This document shows, one piece after another, positions 24,573-35,851 of a DNA stretch of 64,000 nt (positions within the stretch are counted from its first letter, which is position 1; the number at the start of each line of letters is the position of its first letter). The position numbers and the translations under genes were made by a program. Origin of the DNA: Octopus sinensis. Taxonomy: Eukaryota. The DNA lies in contig NC_043014.1 of NCBI RefSeq assembly GCF_006345805.1, positions 11,284,001 to 11,348,000 on the forward strand, written 5' to 3'. The notes under the pieces were generated by a model, which made no database searches, was not told where the DNA came from, and saw only the letters and a program-made list of their open reading frames with translations.

Positions 24573-25118
24573 GTCAGGTTACTTTCGAGTGCTACTGGTA
24601 ACATGTAACCCAGTACAACCTGTTGAATGATCGGGTCATCGGCGACTAAACCGGCAACCCCACCAAGCTTGCTTGGTGAGGAGGGTGTTTATTGGACACC
24701 CTGTGGGATGAAAAACAAAACCCGTCAAAGGGCGGAGGAATTCCTGAGAGTCAACGGCCATCCAATAAATGTCTTAAGGCTGTATCATGCGCGGGGACAT
24801 AGAAATTATCGAACTGAATACCCGATCGCGCAGTTAAACCATTGGGAGTGAAGGACTCCGAGCCTTTGTTAGGGCATCCTTCTAGGAAAAGGTAACTCTG
24901 GTAACTGGGATAACTCCGACATAAAACCTGCGGCTCAGAGGTTACCGATGATGTTGATTTGTTCTTCTTTTCGGATTATGGCTGCTGTTGCTTAGTGAGT
25001 GGGATTGACTCAGTGCACAGCCTTTCCTCACTTTAAAAAAATCTTCTTGCACAGGCATTGCACGATAACAACATTGATCAAGCTTCGTGCAATGGCCATA
25101 CTCGATAACGAGGGGGCA
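24573..25118 (+). mobile_element. Short RTE-related non-coding element embedded in (TATG)n
   Basis: GGGCATCCTTCTAGGAAAAGGTAACTCTG...AAAACC resembles RTE 5' UTRs as I recall them. Several hairpins. (TATG)n on both sides. Confidence 0.4.
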
Positions 25119-25179
25119 GCCACCATGTATGTATCTATGTATGTATGTATGTGTTCCAAGGTGTGACAAGTTCAAAAGA

Positions 25180-25404
25180 ACATTATTTACATTTGACCAA
25201 ATCTTGTTTGTTGTTAACACACGTTTCGGCTGATATACCCTCCAGCCTTCTTCAGGCGTCTTGAGGAAATTTCGAACCTGGATTCTCATTCCTAAGGTAT
25301 TTTTCGATATTATCATTGTTGTTGTTGTTGTTGTCACTGCTTGGAATCGAACTCGGAATCTTGGGGTTAGTAGCCCGCGCCCTTAACCACTACGCCATAT
25401 GCCC
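25180..25404 (-). mobile_element. tRNA-headed SINE carrying a hammerhead-like motif
   Basis: A-box TGGCGTAGTGG (25387-25397), B-box GTTCGATTCC (25343-25352), (AAC)n spacer, then a body shared with 38025-38162. Confidence 0.75.
25216..25260 (-). ncRNA. Minimal type-I hammerhead motif lacking residue 17
   Basis: GACGC-CTGAAGA-A-GGCTG-10nt-CAGCC-GAAA-CG-T-GTGTT. Confidence 0.6.
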
Positions 25405-25439
25405 ACGGGTGTATATATCGTTAGTTCGGATATATATAG

Positions 25440-25895
25440 GCTATATTAAATCTCTGAGCCAGATGTAAACAATAGCAACACGGAATCGTAAGATATAATT
25501 GTCAACCAAGTATGGCATCCTATACGAGACATTGCTACTGGCGTTTATAGCCGCATGACGACATCTCTTCCTGCTGGCTAACGACATACATTCTGTGTCC
25601 GATTAGTATTTGCGAGGGGAGGTCATCGCTCCTATCTCTAGCCTTACGTGATACACACAGACTCGAGTTTCTGAATGGTCACTCGTCCTCAATATGTGTT
25701 AATCGCCAGCTAGGGATGAAAACTCGCAAAATACTATATGCTTTTTCCAGCGACGAACCATCGCTGATTTCGAAAAAGGAGAAATAAGCTATAATTAAAT
25801 CTCTGAGCGAGATGTAAACAGTAGCAATATGGTGTCGTAATATATATAATTGCCTACCAAGTGTAGCGTCCCGAGATGTCTTTCTGGGGCTATAA
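25440..25895. repeat. Diverged ~100-bp direct duplication, ~350 bp apart
   Basis: ATTAAATCTCTGAGC.AGATGTAAACA.TAGCAA at ~25445 and ~25795. Confidence 0.65.
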
Positions 25896-25934
25896 ACGCC
25901 AATAGCACTGTCCCGTATAGGACACCACACTTGG

Positions 25935-26005
<71 letters not shown>

Positions 26006-26248
26006 CGTGTCTGTCTATCAGTCGGTCTGTCTGTCTTTTGTGTGTGTGTGTGTGCGTGTGTGTGTGTGTTTCGCCTATGGCTCTTCCCGAAGATATAAAT
26101 CTATGTACATGACTGGCTTCTTTCGTTTTCCATCGAAAAAAAAAAATTACATAATAGTGGTGCTGTGGTGGAGTAAACTTGCCCGAGGTGCTGCGTAAAC
26201 ATCAAATCGTCACCAATAATGACGCAGAAGTTATCATATCGTCTGCCG

Positions 26249-26612
26249 AAGGCGGTGAACTGGCAGAATCATTAGCACGCCGGGCGAAATGTTTAGCGGT
26301 ATTTTGTCTGCCGTTACGTTCTGAGTTCAAATTCCACCGAGGTCGACTTTGCCTGTCGTCTTTTCGATGTCGATAAATTAAGTACCAGTTACGCACTGGG
26401 GTCAATATAATCGACTTAATCCGTCTGTCTGTCCTTGTTTGTCTCCTCTGTGTTTAGCCCCTTGTGGGTAGTAAAGAAATAGGTATTTCGTCTGTCTGTA
26501 CGTTCTGAGTTCAAATTCCACCGAGACCAATTTTGCCTTTCATCCTTTCTGGGTCGAAAAATAAGTACCAGTTGAGCAGTGGAGTAGATGTAATCTACTT
26601 ACCCTCTCCAAC
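26249..26612 (+). mobile_element. SINE family B: long unit plus short-tail unit
   Basis: Junction AAAGAAATA|GGTATTTCG near 26481. Confidence 0.8.
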
Positions 26613-26702
26613 CATTTACCTCATTGACAACCATTTACCTCATAATTTATTTACTGTCGGTTAAGACTTAACAATGAGTGAAAAGTGACCGCGTAGATTT
26701 CA

Positions 26703-27250
26703 TTGGACACAGGCATGGCCGGGTGGTTAAGAAACTAGCTTTGCAGCTTCGTAGTTCCCAGTTCAGTCCCATTGCGCTGCTAGCGTAACTACAGTGAGTG
26801 CCGCCTGTGATGGTGGTGGGGGGCTTCCGTTTGCCGTCCCCACCCGGATCCCACAAAAAACATATATTGCCTACAGCAGACCCAAAATTGGTGCCGCTTT
26901 AAAAGTGTTACGCGAGTGCATCACGCGGCACATTGGACACGTGCCTTCAGCTACAGCCCCCGGGGGTACTAATTGCTTTGTGAGTGAATTTGGTAGATGG
27001 GAAATTATGTGGAAGTCTGTCGTGTGTATGTGTGTGTGTGTGTGTGGTGTGTGGTGTGTGCCAATGTTTGACTTCTCCTCCAGCGCTTGGAAACTGATGT
27101 TGGTTTCTTTTACGTCGCTTGACTTAGCGCTTCGGAAAAAAAGATCCCGGTAAAATGAGTACCAAGCTTAAAAAAAAAGAGAAGAATCAACAACGTATGG
27201 TAGTGCTCCAGCATGGGCGCAGTCTGATAACCGAAACAGATTAAAAAAAT
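26703..27250 (+). mobile_element. Old family A-related SINE interrupted by a MITE-like insert (~26780-26900)
   Basis: The insert shares CCCACAAAAAAC...ATATTGCCTACAGCAGA with 35694-35851. Confidence 0.55.
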
Positions 27251-27348
27251 CAAAAATCAAATATAGAACTAAAAATTAACAACAAAAAGGGTCCCACAAA
27301 ATGTGTATGGTGGTGGGTAGGAGTAGGGAAAGGGTTCAATCAAATACC

Positions 27349-27497
27349 TATTTCTTTACTACCCACAAGGGGCTAAACACAGTGGGGACAAACAAGGACA
27401 GACAAAGGGATTAAGTCGATTATATCGATACCAGTGCGTAACTGGTACTTAATTTATCGACCCCGAAAGGATGAAAGGCAAAGTTGACCTCGGCGGG
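27349..27497 (-). mobile_element. 5'-truncated family B unit with 12-bp TSD
   Basis: CAATCAAATACC at 27337-27348 and 27502-27513. Confidence 0.85.
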
Positions 27498-27632
27498 TGT
27501 CCAATCAAATACCGTAATTCGGGGTACCCCATAATCGAAATAAGCTATTTCGGGTAGGGTACCCCTATAATAGAGTATTGATACAAAGCCAGAAATCTGG
27601 AAGGACAGACAGACAGACAGAGAATTGAATAG

Positions 27633-27802
27633 ATACCAAAAACGTCGTTGGTTGTTATTTGACCAAAGCTGGAAGAATCAAAGACAAAGTTCCAAAGCGA
27701 ACGGGATTTGAATATCGATTCTTCAAATTGGCGCATGACATTATAAGGTTGTGTGTAGAACGGAGAATGCGATCGATGGAAGCAGCCCACATTGTATTAC
27801 AG
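27633..27802 (+). CDS. Candidate host coding exon (unidentified)
   Basis: Stop-free non-repetitive frame DTKNVVGCYLTKAGRIKDKVPKRTGFEYRFFKLAHDIIRLCVERRMRSMEAAHIVLQ ending at donor CAG|GTATGG. The acceptor is weak. Confidence 0.3.
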
Positions 27803-27899
27803 GTATGGAATTTATTTATTAATTTTTTTTTTTGTTCTTGTTTTTGTCCCTATCGATTACGGAGAGATGAAAAAAGAGGAAATATTAGCAATGCTGTTG

Positions 27900-27953
27900 T
27901 TACTGCCGCTTACTGCTGCTGCTACTACTACATTCACAGTCACCAGCGCCACC

Positions 27954-27985
<32 letters not shown>

Positions 27986-28070
27986 AACTACTACAATTAC
28001 AACTATTACTATAACTACTACTACTACTACTACCAATACCACCACGACCATTACCACAGCGACAACTACT

Positions 28071-28102
<32 letters not shown>

Positions 28103-28574
28103 AATTACTACTACTACCACTACCAACTACTACTACTACTACTGCTACCAACCTTACTACTACTAACTACTACTACTACTACTGCTACTACCACCACTAC
28201 CAATACTACTACTATTACTAGTACTACTACCTATATCACCACGACCATCACCACAGCGACAAATACTACCACCACTACTACTACTACTACTAAATACTAC
28301 TACTACCACTACCCAAACTACTACTACTACTACTGCTACCACTACCAACTACTACTACTACTACTACTACGCTACTACCACCACTACCAACTACTACTAC
28401 TACATATTACTACTACTACTACCTATACCACCACGACCATCACCACAGCGACAAATACAACCACCACCACCACCACCACTACTACCACTACATATAAGGT
28501 GTAAATGCTGATGTACCACCTCCACCGCCTCCTCCACCACACCACCACCTCCACCGCCACCGCCCACCGCCACC

Positions 28575-28606
<32 letters not shown>

Positions 28607-28691
28607 AACTACTACAATTACAACTATTACTATAACTACTACTACTACTACTACCAATACCACCACGACCATTACCACAGCGACAACTACT

Positions 28692-28723
<32 letters not shown>

Positions 28724-28771
28724 AATTACTACTACTACCACTACCAACTACTACTACTACTACTGCTACCA

Positions 28772-28804
<33 letters not shown>

Positions 28805-29215
28805 GCTACTACCACCACTACCAACTACTACTACTATTACTAGTACTACTACCTATATCACCACGACCATCACCACAGCGACAAATACTACCACCACTAC
28901 TACTACTACTACTACAATTACTACTACTACCACTACCAACTACTACTACTACTACTGCTACCACTACCAACTACTACTACTACTACTACTACTGCTACTA
29001 CCACCACTACCAACTACTACTACTATTACTACTACTACTACCTATACCACCACGACCATCACCACAGCGACAAATACAACCACCACCACCACCACCACTA
29101 CTACCACTACAGGTGTAAATGCTGATGTACCACCTCCACCGCCTCCACCACCACCACCACCACCTCCACCGCCACCGCCTCCACCGCCACCACCGCCACC
29201 AACAACGGCCACTCT
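27900..29215. repeat. (ACT/ACC)n complex microsatellite with ~615-620 bp higher-order duplication
   Basis: AGGTGTAAATGCTGATGTACC at 28497 and 29111. CTACAATTACAACTATTACTATAAC at 27991 and 28612. Confidence 0.85.
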
Positions 29216-29367
29216 CGCCACGTTACTTTTAATACTAATCTCGACTGTTGTACATGAAGAGAAGACAGCGATTTGCAGCGCAAACGGCAATAGCCGGAGC
29301 AATAGCAATAGCCATAAGTCTGCCGACAACTGCTTATTATATACTCACTCACTTTTTCCAGTGACGC

Positions 29368-29384
<17 letters not shown>

Positions 29385-29404
<20 letters not shown>

Positions 29405-29837
29405 CATTACTGCTGCTGCTGCTGCTGCCGCCGCCGTCGCATCCACCACCACCACCACAACTTCTACAACGTCCACCACCGCCACCGCCATCACCATCAC
29501 TGTAGCTGCCACCGCCGCCGTCGCCATCACATCCACCACCACCACCACAACTTCTACAACGTCCACCACCGCCACCGCCATCACCATCACTGTAGCTGCC
29601 ACCGCCGCCGTCGCCGTCGCATCCACCACCACAACGTCTATCACATCCACCACCGCCACTGCCATCACCATCACTGTAGCTGCCACCGCCGCCGTCGCCA
29701 TCACATCCACCACCACCACCACCACCACAACTTCTACATCGTCCACCACCGCCACCACCGCCATCACTGTAGCTGCTGTTGCCGCCGCCGTCGCATCCAC
29801 CACCACCACCACCACCACTGCCATCGCCATCACTGTA

Positions 29838-29869
<32 letters not shown>

Positions 29870-29880
29870 TGCCACTGCTG
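29385..29880. repeat. GC-rich trinucleotide-built minisatellite, ~60-70 bp unit
   Basis: CCATCACCATCACTGTAGCTGCCACCGCCGCCGTCGCC recurs, with partial copies. Confidence 0.8.
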
Positions 29881-30118
29881 AAAAGATGCTATCAAACCCA
29901 GATTTACATCGTTTAAACATGATGTCCATGCTAGCAATGAATAACTAATGAACTGTTGGTGAGGATTATTGATATTCGAGACAATTTTTCTTTCTTTTTT
30001 TTTACGACAACGACTAACGCCATGACAACGGCTGAGGCAGACGACCGTACAGACAGGCAAGCAGAAGGGTGGTGATAGTATAACTATAATAATGATAATA
30101 ATAATAATAATAGTGATG

Positions 30119-30154
<36 letters not shown>

Positions 30155-30641
30155 GTGATGATAATAATAATCATCTTTCTGATAATGTTGATGGTGGTGT
30201 TGGTGGTGGTCGCCGTCGTAGTAAGCGTGACATCGGTAGAAGAGATAACAACTTAGATTTGCTGTCACAGCAGAAGACAATAAACGTTTCGTTCGTTACT
30301 GACTGCATGCATCTCAACTAAACTCTCTTTCTATCACCTTTCCTTATCCTTTCTGTTTGGCTGAAAAGCCACTCCACTGGACAATGGAGATTGTTAGATG
30401 CTGCTGCTAACATTCTCCATATATTAATGTCAGTTCAAAATAATATTCTTTAAAAAAAAAAAAACTGGAAAAGAAAGAAAGAACAGAAAAGAAAAAGAAA
30501 AATGAAATAGGAGATATTGAAACCTTTCTTATTTGCTTTCAGATATTTATTTGCTTGTTTTATTATCTTTATATTGATATTCATTTATGCATTTATTTTC
30601 ATCGACGATCAATAAATGTAGAGCGAACGACTCACATTATT

Positions 30642-30653
30642 GGCGGCCATTTT
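30642..30653 (-). promoter_or_regulatory. YY1-like motif in unique sequence
   Basis: AAAATGGCCGCC on the minus strand. A single short match, so weak. Confidence 0.2.
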
Positions 30654-30758
30654 AATTTGATGTCGATCAATATTTTATCAGCGGAGTGCATTCAGTTACT
30701 GGTACTATAACATTCGCAGCGTTACGTTTACTAATTATCCTGATTTATTTCCTTCTAG

Positions 30759-30811
30759 GATTCCATTTAGACGGAGCGGTGAATCTCTTTTATCTCCAGG
30801 GAAATTTCATG
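30759..30811 (+). CDS. Candidate 53-nt host exon
   Basis: Branch-like TACTAAT at 30729-30735, acceptor TTTATTTCCTTCTAG, donor ATG|GTAAGT. Open frames read FHLDGAVNLFYLQGNFM or IPFRRSGESLLSPGKFH. Confidence 0.45.
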
Positions 30812-31039
30812 GTAAGTGTTTAATTCATAACACTAACCCACGCCTTTCATGGAATGCAGTTTCTTTATAGCTATACACTTTTAACTAAATGCCACAACTT
30901 GAATTATCTTTAATGCTTCATATAATTTCAAAAAGCTGTGTGTTGAGTTGATCGTACTTGCAATCATGAAATAACACTAAATCCTAATTTTGTATTAAAT
31001 AGGAAACACGAGAGCGAGGATGGTTTAAGAGATAGTTTC

Positions 31040-31523
31040 TTTTGCTTGTTTCAGTCATTGGACTGCGGCCATGTGAAGACACCATCTTGAAGAGTCTTAG
31101 TCGAACAAACAAATCAACTCAAGTACATTTTTTGTTTTCGAATGCGTGCTACTTAGCGGCCTCTGTATCAAAAATGACCGGCAAAGATTGCCTGGAAACA
31201 TACGGCGCGCTATACAAGCTGGTCAGATCATCATGTTTACACAGTATGAAACTAACAGATTTTTAAATCTCCTCTCTGTGTACACACACACACACACACA
31301 CATGACCAGACCACACCACACCACACACACATACGCACAGTGCTTATACACACACGCGCACGGCGGGCATCTTTCAATTTCCGTCTTCTAAATTCATTCA
31401 CAAGGCTTTGGTTGACCCGGATATATAGCAGAATAGTAAAATACATCTGCCCAAGGTACCATACTGTGGGACTGAACCCAAGACCACATGGTTAGGAAGC
31501 AAGCTTCTTGCCCACACGGCCAT
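31040..31523 (-). mobile_element. Old family A-related SINE
   Basis: TTTCAGTCATTGGACTGCGGCCATG tail and GGGACTGAACCC...ACCACATGG head. Confidence 0.65.
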
Positions 31524-31771
31524 TATACATGCATCTCATTAAATGTTTCTCAGCCAACTGTATTACATCAATAGACAGAAAACGGCCATTTCTTATTTTT
31601 AATGGTTTGTTATTGCACATTGAGAACAATGTCGTTTCATTGAACAATAGTTATTCGATAAAGCTAAGAACTTCATGAAGCATTAGGTTTGACGAAGAAG
31701 TTAACGAAGACATAAGCGATGGTGTGATAATGTACCAGTTACCTCAGGGATGATAGCTGGTTATTACGTTG

Positions 31772-32130
31772 GTGAAGGTGCGTGGCTCAGTAGTTAGGGC
31801 ATTCGGCACCTTGGGCAAATGCCATTTACTATAGCCACGGGCTGACCAAAGCCGTGTGAGTGGAGTTGGTAGACAAAAACTGAAAGAAGTTTGTCGTGTG
31901 TGTGTGTGTGTGCGTGTGTCTGTGTGCCTGTGTCTTTGTCTCTGTATGCGTCCTACACCACCTCTTCACAAGCGGTGCTGGTGTGTTTACGACCCTGTAA
32001 CTTAGCGGTTCAACAAAAGACACCGACAAAATAAGAATCAGACTTTAACGAATAAATCCCGGGTTCGATTCGCTCGACTAAAACCCTTTAGCGTAGTCAC
32101 AGTCAAATGACTGAAGCACGTAAAAGCTAA
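31772..32130 (+). mobile_element. Chimeric SINE: head F start joined to a family A body
   Basis: GTGAAGGTGCGTGGCTCAGTAGTTAGGGC followed by ACCTTGGGCAAATG...GACCAAAGCC. Confidence 0.6.
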
Positions 32131-32654
32131 AATATATTCGTATAGACATGAGCATGTCAAGAATTTCTCAGTTGTAAGACCATTCTTCATCGTGTTTGCA
32201 ACGAGATGTGCTTAATGCAGAGCATAAATTATAAAACGCATCGATTCAGCTTCCATCAGTTATGTATAGATCGAGGAAAAAAACACAGTGATTTGTTTTG
32301 CCGCGTGGAACAAAAATTTAACGTTTCGGAGATTTGTTCTTTTTCAGAGAGAGAACAAATATAGAAGCTGATACTACATTTACGGGTAAGTGAATGAGAA
32401 AAAGAAGCGGAGAATTGTTTGCACTGATAGTTATGAGGAGAAAAGGTAAAAGGCAAGAGTAAATAGTATGGGGGAAGAGTGATGTAGGGAGAAATAAAAT
32501 TAAGAAGAGGGAAGATAGGTTTTCTAATAGATGCCAGATCAGTTGAGGTGAGATGGAAGTAGTGAAAGCTATGTAAAGTGAATTAAGTATGAAGTGAGAA
32601 GGTAGAACGAGCGGGAAGATCGACATAAGTACAATTGCAGAATGGAACAGATCT

Positions 32655-33320
32655 AAATATAAGACCACGGGAGAAAGAGGAGAAGAAAGAGAAGAGAAGG
32701 AGGAGGAAAGGAAGGAGAAGGAGGAGAGGAGAGAAAAGGTAGAAAATAAGGGGAGGAAAAGAAGGAAAAGAGAGGAGAGAAAAGAAGAAAACAAGGGAGG
32801 AGGAGAGAAAAGAAGAGAAGGAGAGAAAGAAGGAAAAGAAGAAGGGGAGGAGGAGAGAAAGGAAGAGAAGGGGAGAAGGAGAAAAAGGAGAAGGAGAAAG
32901 AGAAAGGGGACAAAAAGAAGGGAATGGAGAGAAACGAAGAAAAGAAGGAGAAGGAAATGAGAGAGAGAAAGAGAATGAGAAGGGAGGAGAAGAGAAAGGT
33001 GAGGAGGAGAGAAAGGTGAGGAGGAGAGAAAGAAGGAGAAGAAGAGGAGAAGAGAAAGGAGAAGGAGAAGAGAAAGGAGAAGGGGAAGAGGAAAGAATGA
33101 ATGAGAAGCGGAGGAGGACAGAAAGGAGAAAGTGAAGAAGGTGAGGAGAAGAGAAAGGATGAAGAGAAGAAGGTGAGGAGAGAAAAGAAGGAAAGGAAGA
33201 AAAGGGGAGGAGGAGAAGAAGGAAGAAAAAGAAGTAGGGAAGATGAGAGAAAAGAGGAGAAGAGGAAGGAGGAGAAGGAGAAGAAGGAGGAGAGGAGACA
33301 AAGGAAGAAAAGAAGTAGAA
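32655..33320. repeat. ~670-bp polypurine (GA-rich) tract
   Basis: Almost exclusively A and G on the + strand. Confidence 0.9.
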
Positions 33321-34291
33321 GAATGTTCCCGTTTATACAAGTTTTTCTTGACCATTTTTGTATCCCTAGATCCCTTTGATTCCTTTTTTACTCTGATGGA
33401 ACCTCACAGCCGCTCGATGTTTAAAAAAACCCTATTATATTTTTATAATTAAATGTTATTCATAATTATATTTTAAAAATGGCGAAATACTTGGTGTCCC
33501 ATAGAAGTAACAGCAATTAACTGCACTTGACTTTTAACAAAAAATATATTTTATTGATCAACTCCTGTTGTGGAACCCCCTTTTTTATTGTGTTACCTGT
33601 AGATTTTAACTTATCTAGGATGAATGGCCTAACTAGATCACCAGCTTCCGTTCTGTCAAAGAAGCCCATAATAACATCAAAGAGATCGTTAGTGTTCTTT
33701 TCCCATTATTCGACCACGCTGCAAATAACAGCTAGAATTCGATAAAACTAAACTGGATCAGATAATTTTATTGCTAATATTGCTCAGCTAACGAACTACT
33801 GTGCATGTAATATTCCAATGCTGTAATTAAATAGCATTTCTAATTAGATTCTCAATGCGGTTTAATATTTGCTTGCGAACTTTCACAGGCTCGTGTTTAT
33901 AAGCCTACACTGGGAGTTTGTAGTGAATCGCGTTTTGAGATCGTTAAGAGTTATATATGGTTTGCGTTTGGATACACACAGTATTTTCTTATCTAATTTC
34001 AGCTTCGCGGCTTTGTCTAGTTTCTACAGTTTCATTTTGTCTTTTCTGAAAATGTAACGCCTTTGTTTGAGTTTTTAAGGAGTATGATGTGATGTTTCAG
34101 GTAACGCCGGAAATTATTGCATTCTTAATTTCACAATGCTAGCCGTTTGTTGTAGCTCTGCTTGAAGGTTCTTGAGTTCCATATGGGATCTTCCATGATT
34201 TTCACGCAAAATTTTCAGGCACGTGGTTATTCTCGTAAAACTGTCTTTGCACCACATTCATTTGATGACGTTCCACATAACTGATTAACGG

Positions 34292-34390
<99 letters not shown>

Positions 34391-34914
34391 TTAATCAATA
34401 TAGGGTGGCAAAAAATTTTGTAGAATTTTTTTGCCACCAGCGGCCTAGTGGGAAAAAATTAAATAGTCATAGACCATTTTTAAGTTCAACATCACAATCA
34501 AGGAACGGCCATAATAGGCCATTCACCCACTAGAAATAACAGCCAAAGCTTCAACCGCAAAATAACATTAATTCCGTAAACCAGGAGAAAATTAAAATTA
34601 AAAAAAGGGCCTATGGAAGATTGGCTTGATTTAATTTAATCAGGTTAGTTTACCATTAAACAGTAGATGAAACGGTGCATCGTATAAGAAATTACAGGGT
34701 AAATGTTTTTTAATTTTCTCCTGGTTTACGGAATTAATGTTATTTTGCGGTTGAAGCTTTGGCTGTTATTTCTAGTGGGTGAATGGCCTATTATGGCCGT
34801 TCCTTGATTGTGATGTTGAACTTAAAAATGGTCTATGACTATTTAATTTTTTCCCACTAGGCCGCTGGTGGCAAAAAAATTCTACAAAATTTTTTGGCAC
34901 CCTATATTGATTAA
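34391..34914. repeat. 524-bp near-perfect fold-back element (~207-bp arms, ~109-bp spacer)
   Basis: Arms 34391-34597 and 34707-34914. One substitution plus homopolymer differences seen. Both termini read TTAA. A (TA)n run lies on the left. Confidence 0.9.
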
Positions 34915-35184
34915 TTATGAATTTTCTGGTTAATTCCGTAATGGAATCGGCGGCTTATATTTATTTGCTGCCGATAAATTTGGCGCGAGTGCGATGATTT
35001 GAAAATTTTAGGTCAGATATTGCCGAGGCAGGGACAGAAATGCCTCGTGAAAATATCTGTTCCGATCTGGCTATTTCTTACTGACGATTCTAAGGGCCTA
35101 TGACGGACGAAATGCTGCTAAGCCTTTTGTCCGGCATGCTAACGATCGTGCCAGCTCGCCACGTTTACAACTATACTCTTTTCT

Positions 35185-35530
35185 TCATTTATTGGTTTCA
35201 GTCATTTGACTGCGGCCATGCTGGAGCACCGCCTTTTAGTCGAGCAGATTGACCCCACGACTTATTCTTTGTAAGCCTAGTACTTATTCTATCGGTCTTT
35301 TTTGCCGAACCGCTAAGTTACGGGGACGTAAACACACCAGCATCGGTTGTAAAGCGATGCTGGGGGGAACAAACACAGACACAAACATATACACACATAT
35401 ATATACATACATATATACGACGGGCTTCTTTCAGTTTCCGTCTACCAAATCCACTACTCACAAGGCTATAGTAGAAGACACTTGGCCAAGGTGCTACGCA
35501 TTGGGACTGAAGCTACTTACCACACAACCC
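35185..35530 (-). mobile_element. SINE family A with internal deletions
   Basis: Family A tail and partial head. Confidence 0.75.
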
Positions 35531-35693
35531 TTTTGCGCCCATTTTATTTTATCGACCTCGAAAATGATAAAAACAAAGTCGACCTCGGCGGAATTTGAAC
35601 CCAGAACGTAAAGACGGATGAAATGCCGTGAAGCACCTTGTTCGGCGTGCTAACGATTTTCTCATATCGTTTCCTTTTAAATACTATGATTAT

Positions 35694-35851
35694 CACTGGC
35701 GTAGCTAGAGTGTGTGCCACCTGGGGTGGCTCTTCCATTTGTCACACCTGGACCCCACAAAAAACGTCCCCATATTGCCTACAGCAGATCCAAAAGTGCC
35801 GCCCGGGGTGGACCGTCCCTACAACCCTCCCGTCCCCCAGCTACAATAGTG
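35694..35851. mobile_element. Possible hAT-type MITE, degenerate TIRs
   Basis: CACTGGCGTAGCTAG versus CCAGCTACAATAGTG (11/15 match). Confidence 0.4.

Noticed and set aside
24573-24680. HDV-like ribozyme at the RTE-like 5' end
   Set aside because: A P1 candidate (GGTTAC/GTAACC) exists, but P1.1, L3 and J4/2 could not be fitted.
25334-25404. Possible tRNA-Ser(ACT) gene
   Set aside because: The acceptor, anticodon and T stems do not pair properly, and it is fused to a repeat body, so it is treated as a SINE head.
27659-28843. Long His/Tyr/Thr-rich ORFs
   Set aside because: Beyond 27802 they are trinucleotide-repeat translations. Only the 5' unique part is kept as a weak exon candidate.
32318-33355. 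345-aa hydrophobic ORF resembling a membrane protein
   Set aside because: It is mostly the complement of the GA-rich tract (Leu/Phe/Ser/Pro only). The non-repeat end has no motif I can support.
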